The notes: generated by a model from the sequence alone, not told the origin. A stretch of DNA of 64,000 nt from Candidatus Aminicenantes bacterium (GCA_963827565.1 CAWHBG010000002.1:970952-1034951), one strand, 5' to 3'. Positions 35,141-45,650 are shown, counted from the first letter of the stretch. Program-made: numbers and translations.

Positions 35141-37909
35141 ATGAAGAACTTTATTATCATAATTGTGTTTATTATCGGGATAAGTGTATTCCCTGTGTAT
35201 TCAAATGATCTTATCAATTCATTATCATTCAACCATATTTCAAAAAAGGATGGATTATCAGATGATCTTGTTTTCTCGATATTTCAAGACAGCTATGGGT
35301 ATATATGGATAGGAACATCCAATGGCCTCAACAGGTATGACGGATACAATTTTAAAATATTTGTAACTAATCCAAAAGATCCTGAGTCAATAGCTCATAA
35401 CGTAGTTACCTGGATATGTGAAGATAATGACAAAAATATCTGGCTTGCAACTTATGGCGGAGGAGTTTCAAAATTTGACAGGAGAACCAACACTTTCAGG
35501 AATTATATGTCTTTTGACAAAACAAAAGAAAATAACGGTTTAATAGTAAATCATATCAATTTAGATTCAAAAAACAGGTTGTGGATATCTTCAAAAGGCG
35601 GAGGTCTCATTTTATTTATTCCCGGGACTCAAAAGGTAAAACGTTTCGGAAATAATCCGGTTAATTCAGACTCACTAAACGAAGACAATATCATGTCTAC
35701 TTTTGAAGATTCAAGCGGCAATATATGGATCGCAACCTGGGGAAGCGGTTTGTATAAATATTGTGAAGTGAGCAAAGAGTTTAAACAAATAATATCTGAT
35801 CCCTATACAGGAAATGATGTGCAATACAAATATATTCATTCGATCCTGGAAGATCCGGAAAAAAACCTCTGGCTCGGAACCGGCAAGACCGGACTTGTAA
35901 AATATATAAAAAAAACAGGCAGTTTCCAGAGTTTCGGTATAGAACAAGACAGAGTTGTGCATATAAGAAAAAAGAAAATAAGTACAATTTTTCATGACCC
36001 CGATAACGACAACCTCATATGGATCGGCACCGAGAACGGGCTCTATATTTACAGAATTGCAGAGGACAAGTTTATTGAATACAAAAAGGAGAACAGTGAA
36101 GCCGGGCTCTCTAATAATTATGTCTGGAGTATATTAAGAGACAGATCAGGACTATTATGGATAGGAACCATTGGAGGAGGACTAAATTTAGAGAAGAGAG
36201 GCAGTGAATTCTTTTCCCTGTTCGATAAAGTGGAACAAAAAGGGAATATATTTAATTCCCCAAACATATCAGCTGTTTACACTGACAAAAGAGATGCTTC
36301 AATATTATGGGTTGGTACATTGGGAAGTGGTTTACAAAAGGTAGATCTCCAATCCGGAAAATCAGAAATGGTGAGAATTTCAGTTCATAAGAACAATTTA
36401 ATTGCAGGAAAGAACATTACCCGCATTAATCCTGATCCTGACAATCCGGATATTTTATATATTGGGACAAATTCCGGACTCAGCAAATATAATATCAGGG
36501 AAAATCTTTTTGTAAGGCTGGAATCTCCGTTAGATGAATTGAGCAAGTTTAATTCAGCATTTATTTCTACTCTAAAAACCTCTGGTCCATCTCCAAGGTT
36601 ATTGTGGATAGGATCACTTGGCAGGGGACTGTATAAACTTGATCTTGATAAATATAACCTTTCAAACTATTTGCTCCAGAAGGATTTCAGGAATAATCCG
36701 GAGAGGAATAGAGTTTATACAATATCCCCTTCATTAACAGACAAAAACACATTATGGCTTGGAACAAATGAGGGCCTCACCCGATTTGCGATCCGTTCAG
36801 GGATATTTAAATTAATTTTTCCGAAAACAACAACTAAACCCGGAATAACCGCACCGGTTTTATCAATTTATGAATCTGAACATCAACCTGGAATCATATG
36901 GTGCGGTACAAGGAAAAATGGATTGATCAGGTTTGATACCAGCAGCAATTCTTTTAACAGATTAAGTATAAATAACGGATTGCCCGATAATTCTATTGTT
37001 TCCATAGTGGAAGAACCCCGGGGTACTTTATGGCTCGGGACATTAAAGGGACTCTCACGTTTTATTATCAGCACAGGTAAATTCAGGAATTTTGACAAGC
37101 GTGAAGGACTGAACAATTCGAGTTATAATCTTAATACATCCCATGTAAGCCATGACGGAATAGTATTCATAAGCGGTTCGAACGGAATAGATTGTTTTTC
37201 ACCGGAGAGGCTGAATACTAATATGCACATACCCCCTATTGTTATCACAGGGCTGAAAATTTTCGGTAGTTCAGAACTCCCGGGAATGGATCAGATCCTG
37301 AAAAATGATATTTCTTTAACAGATGAAATTACACTTCCGCACTATTACAATACATTGACTTTAAGTTTCGCCGCACTCGATTATACCTCCCCTAAAAAGA
37401 ACCAGTTTTCATGCAGGCTTGAATCTCTAAATAGTAACTGGACCTTTCTCGGAACAAAAAATAGTATAAATTACAGGGATCTGAAACCGGGAAAATATAC
37501 TTTCATTGTAAAAGGATCCAATAGCGACTCGATCTGGAATGAGACAGGCAGGAAACTGACCATAATAATAACTGGAACTTTAATCAGTTCATTCTGGTTC
37601 TGGATAATAATTGCTGTTATTGTTTTTTTCATGGTCTTTCTTTTAAGATACCTGGTCAGAAAATTTAAAAAGAACAGTATCCCTCCGGGAACAACTATTG
37701 AACAGCTAATTCGTGATGAGATAATTACTGAAAGAGAAAAAGAGATAATCACACTTATTCTGCAGGGAAAAAGCAATAAAGATATAGAGGATGAATTATT
37801 CATTTCACTCGGAACTGTCAAAAATCATCTCTATAACATTTATAAAAAACTTAATGTTAAAAGCCGGACACAACTGGTAAGTATTGTAAGATCTGAAGAA
37901 AAACCTTAA
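35141..37909 (+). CDS. Membrane-tethered one-component regulator: signal peptide, two-component-regulator beta-propeller repeats, Y_Y_Y domain, TM helix, LuxR/GerE HTH; copy 1
   Basis: 922 aa with repeated ...IW(I/L)GT..GL..(Y/F) propeller blades. Y_Y_Y region YRDLKPGKYTFIVKGSNSDSIWNE, TM helix FWFWIIIAVIVFFMVFLL, and C-terminal ITEREKEIITLILQGKSNKDIEDELFISLGTVKNHLYNIYKKLNVKSRTQLV. Confidence 0.8.
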   Translation: MKNFIIIIVFIIGISVFPVYSNDLINSLSFNHISKKDGLSDDLVFSIFQDSYGYIWIGTSNGLNRYDGYNFKIFVTNPKDPESIAHNVVTWICEDNDKNIWLATYGGGVSKFDRRTNTFRNYMSFDKTKENNGLIVNHINLDSKNRLWISSKGGGLILFIPGTQKVKRFGNNPVNSDSLNEDNIMSTFEDSSGNIWIATWGSGLYKYCEVSKEFKQIISDPYTGNDVQYKYIHSILEDPEKNLWLGTGKTGLVKYIKKTGSFQSFGIEQDRVVHIRKKKISTIFHDPDNDNLIWIGTENGLYIYRIAEDKFIEYKKENSEAGLSNNYVWSILRDRSGLLWIGTIGGGLNLEKRGSEFFSLFDKVEQKGNIFNSPNISAVYTDKRDASILWVGTLGSGLQKVDLQSGKSEMVRISVHKNNLIAGKNITRINPDPDNPDILYIGTNSGLSKYNIRENLFVRLESPLDELSKFNSAFISTLKTSGPSPRLLWIGSLGRGLYKLDLDKYNLSNYLLQKDFRNNPERNRVYTISPSLTDKNTLWLGTNEGLTRFAIRSGIFKLIFPKTTTKPGITAPVLSIYESEHQPGIIWCGTRKNGLIRFDTSSNSFNRLSINNGLPDNSIVSIVEEPRGTLWLGTLKGLSRFIISTGKFRNFDKREGLNNSSYNLNTSHVSHDGIVFISGSNGIDCFSPERLNTNMHIPPIVITGLKIFGSSELPGMDQILKNDISLTDEITLPHYYNTLTLSFAALDYTSPKKNQFSCRLESLNSNWTFLGTKNSINYRDLKPGKYTFIVKGSNSDSIWNETGRKLTIIITGTLISSFWFWIIIAVIVFFMVFLLRYLVRKFKKNSIPPGTTIEQLIRDEIITEREKEIITLILQGKSNKDIEDELFISLGTVKNHLYNIYKKLNVKSRTQLVSIVRSEEKP

Positions 37910-37972
37910 AGAATAATTGTTTACCACAGTTCCCGGAGAATCCCGTAAGCTTCTAAATATAATATTCATTAT

Positions 37973-38002
37973 AAAAAAAAGGCCGCCCCCGAAGGGACGG
38001 CC
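37973..38002 (-). terminator. Rho-independent terminator of barrel gene copy 2
   Basis: Same hairpin as 31045..31072, with an 8-nt U-tract on the minus strand. It marks the junction between the two cassette copies. Confidence 0.75.
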
Positions 38003-38033
38003 CATATGTTAATACCGTTTTTAGTTTACGATA

Positions 38034-40897
38034 TTAGAAGTTAACTCTGAATCCAAACTGGAATATCCCGGGATTAAGGATCCTCTGGATAGCACCAGTT
38101 GCTGATGTACCAAGTAACGGCTCAACACCTAATGTAATTGAATTATTGGTTACATTGTATGCATCTACAAAAAGTGTTGCTGTTACTGTGTCAGACACCT
38201 TAAAGGTCTTCTCAAGTCCCATGCTCAGCATCCAGAATGTAGGCAACCTGTCATCACCCATTTTTTTACCGGGTTGATACATGTTGGTCCAGCTGAGGCC
38301 GGAACCTCTCTGAAATTCTTCATAATATGGAATGACATAACCTTCTCTTGCCTGAAGAACACCGGTGATATTGATGCCCCAGGGAAGCTGATAAAGTCCT
38401 GACATCTTCAGCATCCATCTGGAGTTCACAAAGATACCGGTATATCCGGATCCTTCGGATTCCGGTGCCACAACGCCCTCATTGAAATAATCGTAGTTTG
38501 TCTGATCAAAAAACTCTGAAGAATCTCTTTTTGCAATCCAATCCTGATAAGTGAAAGATGCATCGAACATCCATTTGCTCGAGAATTTCTTTGTTAATAC
38601 AAACTGTACAGCCAGGTATTGGTTATAGGTTTTCTGATAGTTTGCCATCTGGGTAGCAACACCTACTTCATATCTTTCATAATAAGGTTTGCTTGATCCG
38701 TCAGAGAATGTAAAAGTCCCCTTCTGATACCAGTTAGCTGCAGTCTCAAGACTGCCGTCAGCCATGATGTTCCTGTACCAAAGCTGTTTGCTTTTCTTCT
38801 TATAGAAAAGTGTTACATTCGCGGCAAAATCAGCTCCCAGCTCTTTCTCAAATGAAAGTGATAATTCATCAAGTATAGGTGAATTGAGATCTGATGCGTA
38901 TGTGTTACTGCTTGTTACTCCATAAGGATTAACTGTATCTACATGCCACCACAACCAGGTTGATGGATCTTCATCCCACTCACCAAGTTCAACAATACCA
39001 TCGCCATCATCTGCCCAGTAAACATCAATTTCTCTCCAGGAAAGAGCCCATGTATGGGAAGCAATTGAGTTACCACTCTGTGATCCGTACCTTGCTGCTG
39101 AAAGCTTGATCACATTCTTACCGTCACCTGTAATATCATATGAGAACGAAAGTCTTGGAGAAAATACCTTAAAAGAACCATCTGCTTTAGCTGCAATAGC
39201 TGTTCTGTCACCCAGGTAAGCTGTGAATATGGGAACACCGTTAAGTGTTAATCCCGGAGCTGTAGCCCCATTATGTGAGCCTTGTTCCTGATCATATCTG
39301 AGTCCGATGTTGGCTGTTAATTTACCGAATGTTATTGTATCGGACAGATAGAATGACATCCTTTCGAATCCGACATCATACATATAGTTCGGATACCACC
39401 AGATCTCTCTGTAGTAACCCGGATCGGTTCTGTCCCATGAGTACAGAAACCTTTGGTTGGGATACAGTGACTGAGATGTTGTGTCCGCTGTGTAATAGTC
39501 AACACCGAATCTGATCTCATGGTCTCCGCCGAGTACTCCCTCAGCAAAATAGTTACCGCTGAGTGAAACGTTCAATGTGTTTCTGTTGGTGAAATAATCC
39601 TGCATTCCGCCCTCTACATAGAATCCGGGCTTAGAATAATAAGTCCAGTCATTACCGACCATTTTACCGTCTTCAATAACATTGGTAGGATCATTTGATC
39701 TCAGCTCAAATCCGCCGTCTGTATAAGCGAACTTGGCGGTTAACATCAGGTTGCCCATGATATGCTGCAATGAACCGGTCATAACAGATCCCGGGCCATC
39801 CTGGTTCCAGAGTGATTCCTGAACTGCAGCGCCCCAAATAGGCCTACCCCATTTTTTCTTTGCATCATATGAATAGTGGAAATCACCACTGGTATTACCC
39901 AATTGGAAATTTACCTTACCATAAGCTGATACCAGCCAGGATGCATCCTCGCCGCCTGTGATCTTCTGGCGTGAATGTCCTGTACTCCCCATGATCCGAA
40001 GAACCACAATTTGTCCTTTACGATCGGGCCACCGAAGTTAACGCCATACTGATACAATCTGAAGATTCCGGGTGATACCAATCCTTGATCCAGAATAGAT
40101 TGCGGAAGATCCTGACTCATTTCCCATGCTTCATCTTCAATATAAAGATGAAAGTCTCCACTATAATTATTACCTGCTCTCTTCGAAACGAAGTTCAGCT
40201 GTACACCACCTGTCTGAGCTGTAATATCATTGCTGCCAAGTGTGATCTGAAGTTCTTCATAAGCATTAACATTCAGATAAGCAGGAGCAGATCCGATCGC
40301 TGACGGGTCTGTCATGTTAGCGCCGTCAATGTTCCATGTTGTATCATCGGAATCTGATCCATGGCCATAAAATGATGACTGCTGACCTGATTCAGCTCCA
40401 CCAACGTCTTCCCTGTCCATCATCATACCTGGTACCAGGTTCATGACTGTCCATGGGTTTCTTGCTGTTGGAAGTGACTGCATCATTTCCTGTGATACAT
40501 TAACTGATACTGTTGTCTTTCTTGTATCAATTACATTCGCCTCTCCTGTAACTTCTATAACTTCTTTTAACTGAGAGGTTTCCATCTGAAAGGTAAAGGT
40601 CTTGTTCTTACCAACGAACAGCCTTATCGCTTTCTGAATTACTGTTTTGAACCCTTCGAGCTCAAGCTTTAATTCATAAATTCCCGGGGGATTTTGAAGG
40701 AATCTGAAATTCCCCTGTTCAGATGTAACTGTAACTGTCTTACCGATAACATCACCGGTTAAAGTTACTGCTACACCCGGGATTGCTGATCCATCAGGCA
40801 GTACTACTGTACCGTAGATGTCAGCTGTTGCTCCCTGAGCGAATGCCAGTCCTGAAAGAACTGCAACCGCTACGAGCAGTGTGAATAATTTTTTCAT
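38034..40897 (-). pseudogene. Oar-like outer-membrane barrel, copy 2, interrupted by a 1-nt deletion relative to copy 1
   Basis: ORFs 38034..40007 and 39911..40960 are colinear with copy 1. The span is 2864 nt against 2865 nt in copy 1. Copy 1 reads gtgatctgtctggcg and copy 2 reads gtgatcttctggcg, at about 39964. The real start is MKKLFTLLVAV (ATG at 40897, AGGAGG upstream). Confidence 0.8.
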
Positions 40898-40930
40898 ATA
40901 AACCTCCTTTAAGTTTATCAAATGTATAGT

Positions 40931-40982
40931 ATGCATAAACCTTTCCCGTAAGCAGATCAATTATTCTCAATGGGACAAACGG
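40931..40982 (-). promoter_or_regulatory. Copy 2 counterpart of the -24/-12-like element plus the CGTTTGTCCC motif
   Basis: The minus strand reads ccgtttgtccc (40972..40982), followed about 25 nt later by acGGgaaaggtttaTGCat (40931..40949). Spacing matches copy 1. Confidence 0.3.
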
Positions 40983-41161
40983 TAAAAATTCAGGGATAAA
41001 AAAACAAATAGTTTTACTGAAAACCCAATGCATGTTCAAAAACAAATCGCCAACATTCATCGTTTTGTATATATTCCAATATTCCGTATTTTTTAGATCG
41101 GTTATATGGATTTTCGGACTATATATTGATATTTGAAAAAATTAATCGTGAGTTTCTTTTA

Positions 41162-41530
41162 TCAGACAAAGAGATCCTGACTGATATCATCTTCTCCCAT
41201 ATTGAGCATATCCAGATTGAGCAGGATCCGCTTTTTATCTTTTTTTAAATTGTATTTTTTTATTTTTTCACAGAGCGAAGTCTCCTTGACACCAAGAATT
41301 CGCGATGCATTTTTCTGATTTCCATTCGTTAGCGAGAGCGTAAAATCAATTATACGTTTCTCAAGATCTGTCATAAATTTTTTTAACGAAGTATTCTCTT
41401 TAGTAATATTTTTCATTAAATACTCACGTACAAGTATTTCAGACAGATCATTAATATTTTTCAGTCCTTTATAGTTCCTTGTTTCGTTATTATTTGTATT
41501 GTTAGTGTTTACTATAATTTCTTGTTCCAT
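41162..41530 (-). CDS. Small Fis-type HTH protein, copy 2
   Basis: 122 aa. The C-terminal NGNQKNASRILGVKETSLCEKIKKYNL is almost identical to copy 1, while the N-terminal part has diverged. Confidence 0.6.
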   Translation of the reverse strand: MEQEIIVNTNNTNNNETRNYKGLKNINDLSEILVREYLMKNITKENTSLKKFMTDLEKRIIDFTLSLTNGNQKNASRILGVKETSLCEKIKKYNLKKDKKRILLNLDMLNMGEDDISQDLFV

Positions 41531-41539
41531 TTTTCCTCT

Positions 41540-41890
41540 TTAATTATAAAGTACCTTCTTGAGATTGCTTCTGAATTTTCTCCCCCATGAAACCGTTACT
41601 TTGTTGTTCATAACAACAAAATAGTTATAATTTGGGTCTGACTCGATCTTACTGATCTGTTCAATATTAACAATAGCAGATCTGTTAACACGAACAAATT
41701 TGTTCGGATCAAGCTTTTTTTCAAAATTTGAAATTGTATCTCGTATAAGAAAAGAATTATTACCCTTATACACCCGGAGATAATTCCTTTCAGATTCGAT
41801 CCAGTCAATATCTTCACATTTCAGGATAATCAATTCCTTCCCAAGTTTCACTACCAACCGTTCCATTTTTTTCCCAGCAATATTTTCCAT
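41540..41890 (-). CDS. Stand-alone LytTR domain protein, copy 2
   Basis: 116-aa ORF. From the internal MERLVVKLG (ATG at 41866) it aligns without gaps to copy 1, with 81 of 108 residues identical by my count. Start codon choice is uncertain. Confidence 0.75.
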   Translation of the reverse strand: MENIAGKKMERLVVKLGKELIILKCEDIDWIESERNYLRVYKGNNSFLIRDTISNFEKKLDPNKFVRVNRSAIVNIEQISKIESDPNYNYFVVMNNKVTVSWGRKFRSNLKKVLYN

Positions 41891-41926
41891 ACCCTATTTA
41901 TACGCAGTTTTTCAAACTATAATATG

Positions 41927-41938
41927 TAACTTTGGTTA
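41927..41938. promoter_or_regulatory. Conserved imperfect palindrome TAACTTTGGTTA (site 1, copy 2)
   Basis: Identical to 34966..34977. Confidence 0.4.
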
Positions 41939-41980
41939 CTAATTCAATAATGTGAATAAAGTAATCAGATTTGCAGAGCG

Positions 41981-41996
41981 TGTTACTTTAGTAACA
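41981..41996. promoter_or_regulatory. Palindrome TGTTACT-TT-AGTAACA (site 2, copy 2)
   Basis: 7-bp arms. Same core, ACT-TT-AGT, as 35017..35034, at a similar distance from site 1 (54 nt against 51 nt). Confidence 0.45.
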
Positions 41997-42110
41997 TCTT
42001 AAATCTATTAAATATAAATCTGTAATAATTTCAGCATTTGTTCTAAAAAAACCTTTTTGTTAATTACTAAACTCTATATTAATTTACCCCGTATAATGCT
42101 AGTTAAAAAC

Positions 42111-44883
42111 ATGAGAACTTTACTAATAAATATACTATTACTCTTTATGATATTTCCTTCATTTGCAGAGGAGATGAATATTGATCTCTCATTTAGTCAT
42201 ATCAATAAAGACGATGGATTATCAGATGATATGATATTTTCAATTTTCCAGGACAGTTCCGGATATATCTGGATCGGTACATCCAACGGCCTAAACAGAT
42301 ATGATGGATATAATATACAAAAAATTTTTTTTGAACCTGAGTCTCCCTCTTCTCTCCCTCACAATACTGTAACCTCGATCTGTGAGGACAATGAAAACAA
42401 TATCTGGATTGCTACATTCGGCGGTGGAATATCTCGTTTTGTTCCAGATACTAACAATTTCAAAAACTATACCTTCTCCAAACAGACAAGCGACCCCGAA
42501 AGCGCAAAAATGATAAACCATATTCAAACTGATTCAAAAAACAGATTGTGGGTCTCAACGAGGGGAGCCGGAGTATTTCTTTTTAATCTTAAAACAAATG
42601 AAATAAAGAACTTCAGCAATATCTCTTTCGGCATGAAAGAGGAAGTTTTAAGCAATGTTATGTCGACTTTTGAGGATTCTAACGGCATCATATGGATCGC
42701 TGCATGGGGTGGTGGCCTGGGAAAATACATCGAAGAGAATGGAATAATAAGAAAAACAGTTCCAAAGAAATCTATAGATACTCCAGGCAGGGGGAATCTC
42801 ATTCACACCATTTTTGAGGATGCCGAAAAAAATCTATGGCTCGGCACACGAGATCACGGAATTATCAGATTTAACAGGATATCAGGGAACTATCGAACTT
42901 TCGGTTTAGAAAAGAACCGGAAAGTAAGTATGATCGGAAAAAGTATTAATTATATTTTTTCAGATCCGGGAAATCACAATCTGATCTGGATAGGCACTGT
43001 TAACGGATTATATGTTTATAAGATCTTTGAAAATAAATTTATCAGTTACAAAAATAAAGACCTCCATTCAGGCCTTAGTAATAATTATATCTGGAGTATT
43101 ATAAGGGACAGATCAGGATTGTTGTGGACAGGAACAATCGGAGGCGGTGTTTTTTTAGAGAAAAGGATAAGAGATTATTTCGGAAGTTTCAATACAACCG
43201 GACCGGAAGGTTACAACCTCAGTTCAAATGTGATCGGATCACTATATTCAAATCAAAATGATTCCGAGAACCTCTGGGTAGGGACCATCGGCGGTGGACT
43301 GAACAGAATAAACCTGAAAACAGGTAAGATCAATTCATATATCTCAAATAACAGAGAGGTCAGTTCATTTACCCCCAGATATATTAATTCTATTATTTCA
43401 GATCCGGATTCTCCGGGTTTTATATTCCTTGGGACAAGTTCTGGATTGAATAAATTCGATATCATCCGGAACGACTTCATTAAGATAACATCATCCAGAA
43501 AAAAATTAGAAGGTTTTAATTCTGTTTTTATCTCAGATCTTATGTTGTCAGAATTTCATAAGGGTTATCTCTGGATCGGCACACATGGAGAAGGGCTTTT
43601 CAAGCTTAACCTGGATGATATGTCTCTTAAAAATTATATTTTCGAAAAAAAAATACGGAACAATTTGGAGAAGAACAGAGTGTATGTGATTAAGCAGTCC
43701 CTTTTAAAAGCAAATATTCTATGGACCGGAACAAACCTTGGACTTGGTAAATTTGATACCGAAAAAGGGACATTCCGGTTTTTTAAAATAATAAACACTG
43801 ATCAATCCGATGAAAAAACATTCGTTCAGTCCTTACATGAATCAGTAACCGAACCTGGAGATATTACGGATCGGAACATGGGGAAAAGGATTGTTCCGCT
43901 TTGATGAAAATAACGGAGCTGTCAGAAGGTTTACAGTAAATGAGGGACTCCCCAACGATTATATAGTTTCAATAGTTGAGGAACCTGTAGGACGTTTGTG
44001 GATCGGGACCCAGGCCGGACTTTCCAGTTATATTATAAAATCGGGGTTTTTCAGAAATTTTAATACAGATGAAGGGCTTCAGAACACCCTTTTCAGATTA
44101 AATGTTTCATTCAAGAACTCGGAAAAAACAATTTTTCTCGGTGGATCAAAGGGGATAGACTATTTCTCCCCGGACAAATTGAGTACGAATATGGTCAAGC
44201 CTCCTGTAGTACTTACAGGATTAAAAGTTTTCGGGAGTACAGAGTTGCCAGGTATGGATGAAATATTAAAAACTGATATTTCAGTGACTGAACAAATCGA
44301 ACTACCCTACAAATACAACACAATAACGATAAGTTTCTCAGCTCTGGATTTCACTTCAACCGGAAAGAATCAGTATGCCTGTAAGATTGAAGAACTTGAT
44401 AAAGAGTGGAAATATCTCGGCACTCAGAATTTTATATCCTACTCAAAACTAAAACCGGGGAAATATACTTTTAAGGTGAAAGGATCTAACAGCGATTCGG
44501 TCTGGAATGAGAAGGGAAGAACTTTAGGCATTATTATTCAGAGTTCTTTTACAAGAACTTTTCTGTATAAAATAATCTATGCCATAATTCTGATCTTCCT
44601 TATTTCCCTGATTTTGTATCTCTGGAGGAAATTGAGACAGATATCATTCTCTCCGGGGATGACCATAGAAAAGCTTATCAGAAAATTCGATATAACAGAG
44701 AGAGAGGCAGATGTAATAAAGTTGATTATTAATGGGAAAAGCAACAAAGAGATCGAAGAGGAATTGTTTATATCACTTGGAACTGTAAAAAATCATCTTT
44801 ATCACATTTACAGGAAACTAAACATCCATAGCAGAACTCAACTTATAAAACTTTTCCGGTCTGACAATCAAAAAGAGGATTGA
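42111..44883 (+). pseudogene. Propeller / Y_Y_Y / TM / LuxR-HTH regulator, copy 2, reading frame broken once
   Basis: ORFs 42057..43904 and 43891..44883 together are colinear with the 922-aa copy 1 protein. The likely start is MRTLLINILLLF (ATG at 42111). The span is 2773 nt, not a multiple of 3. The frame switch lies within 43849..43901 (...TEPGDI / LRIGTWGKGLFRFDENNG...). Confidence 0.75.
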
Positions 44884-45007
44884 TAAACTTATGGCCTCTG
44901 TAAAAGATCCAGGCAAAAACAAGACTGCAAATTTTCCGAAATATATTGAATTAAAATGAGTTTGATTTTATAATACGCTATTGATATAATTTTTTATCGG
45001 AGGAAAC

Positions 45008-45571
45008 ATGAAAAAACTGATCCTGTTTTTACTAATTGCATCTTTTATATCTACATTTCAAGTATCCGGAATAATGATCGATCACAGCAAATTTTCTATA
45101 ACAATTGGTGCAGGAACCAGAGATGTTTCTGAAGATATATTTAAAACCGTCTATGGATCAGGTAATATCGCATTCAGCCTTGATATTGCTTTCAGACTTG
45201 GCAGTTCACTGGAAATATTCGCACATTCGGATTATCTCAAAGCAGAGGGAGAACTGGCATACGATCCGAAAAATACCACCCTTACAATTATACCGGCTGA
45301 AGCGGGACTTAGAATACTTCTGGGGAAAAACAAATTCAAACCTTACCTGGGGATAGGCGCGGGATACTATTTGTTAAAGGAAGAGAATTTTATCGGAACT
45401 GTCGATGACAATAGTATAGGATTTTTTGGAGAAGGAGGATTCAGATACTATTTCGGAAAACTTTTCCTCGATTTAAAATTGAAATATACTCAATTGAAAT
45501 ATGACGTTTCCGGGACAAATATTAATCTTGGAGGTCTCTCTTATTTCGGTGGAATAGGGATAAGATTCTAA
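45008..45571 (+). CDS. Small outer-membrane beta-barrel protein (OmpW/OmpA-barrel-like)
   Basis: 187 aa with a signal peptide, alternating hydrophobic beta-strand pattern, and C-terminal YFGGIGIRF ending in Phe. Confidence 0.6.
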   Translation: MKKLILFLLIASFISTFQVSGIMIDHSKFSITIGAGTRDVSEDIFKTVYGSGNIAFSLDIAFRLGSSLEIFAHSDYLKAEGELAYDPKNTTLTIIPAEAGLRILLGKNKFKPYLGIGAGYYLLKEENFIGTVDDNSIGFFGEGGFRYYFGKLFLDLKLKYTQLKYDVSGTNINLGGLSYFGGIGIRF

Positions 45572-45650
45572 CAACTATTTGACTTAACCTGAATTTAATG
45601 AGTTCTTCCAAACAACTTTTCAGGCCTTAATTCCATATTACACCTTTAAA

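Noticed and set aside
40821-41060. 79-aa minus-strand ORF, and the 21-codon N-terminal extension of ORF 39911..40960
   Set aside because: Both cover the barrel copy 2 promoter and leader. There is no counterpart in copy 1. The real start is the SD-preceded ATG at 40897.
42057-42110. TTG-initiated N-terminal extension of regulator copy 2 (also 20962..21045 for the first pilin and 8242..8301 for the response regulator)
   Set aside because: The extensions have no counterpart in paralogs or family members, and they precede canonical N-termini (signal peptide, prepilin leader, receiver start). Internal ATG starts are preferred.
31044-44883. The 6.9-kb duplication as a composite transposon, integrative element or prophage remnant
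   Set aside because: No transposase, integrase or recombinase genes, no terminal inverted repeats, and no att-like flanks. The junction is simply the barrel-gene terminator.
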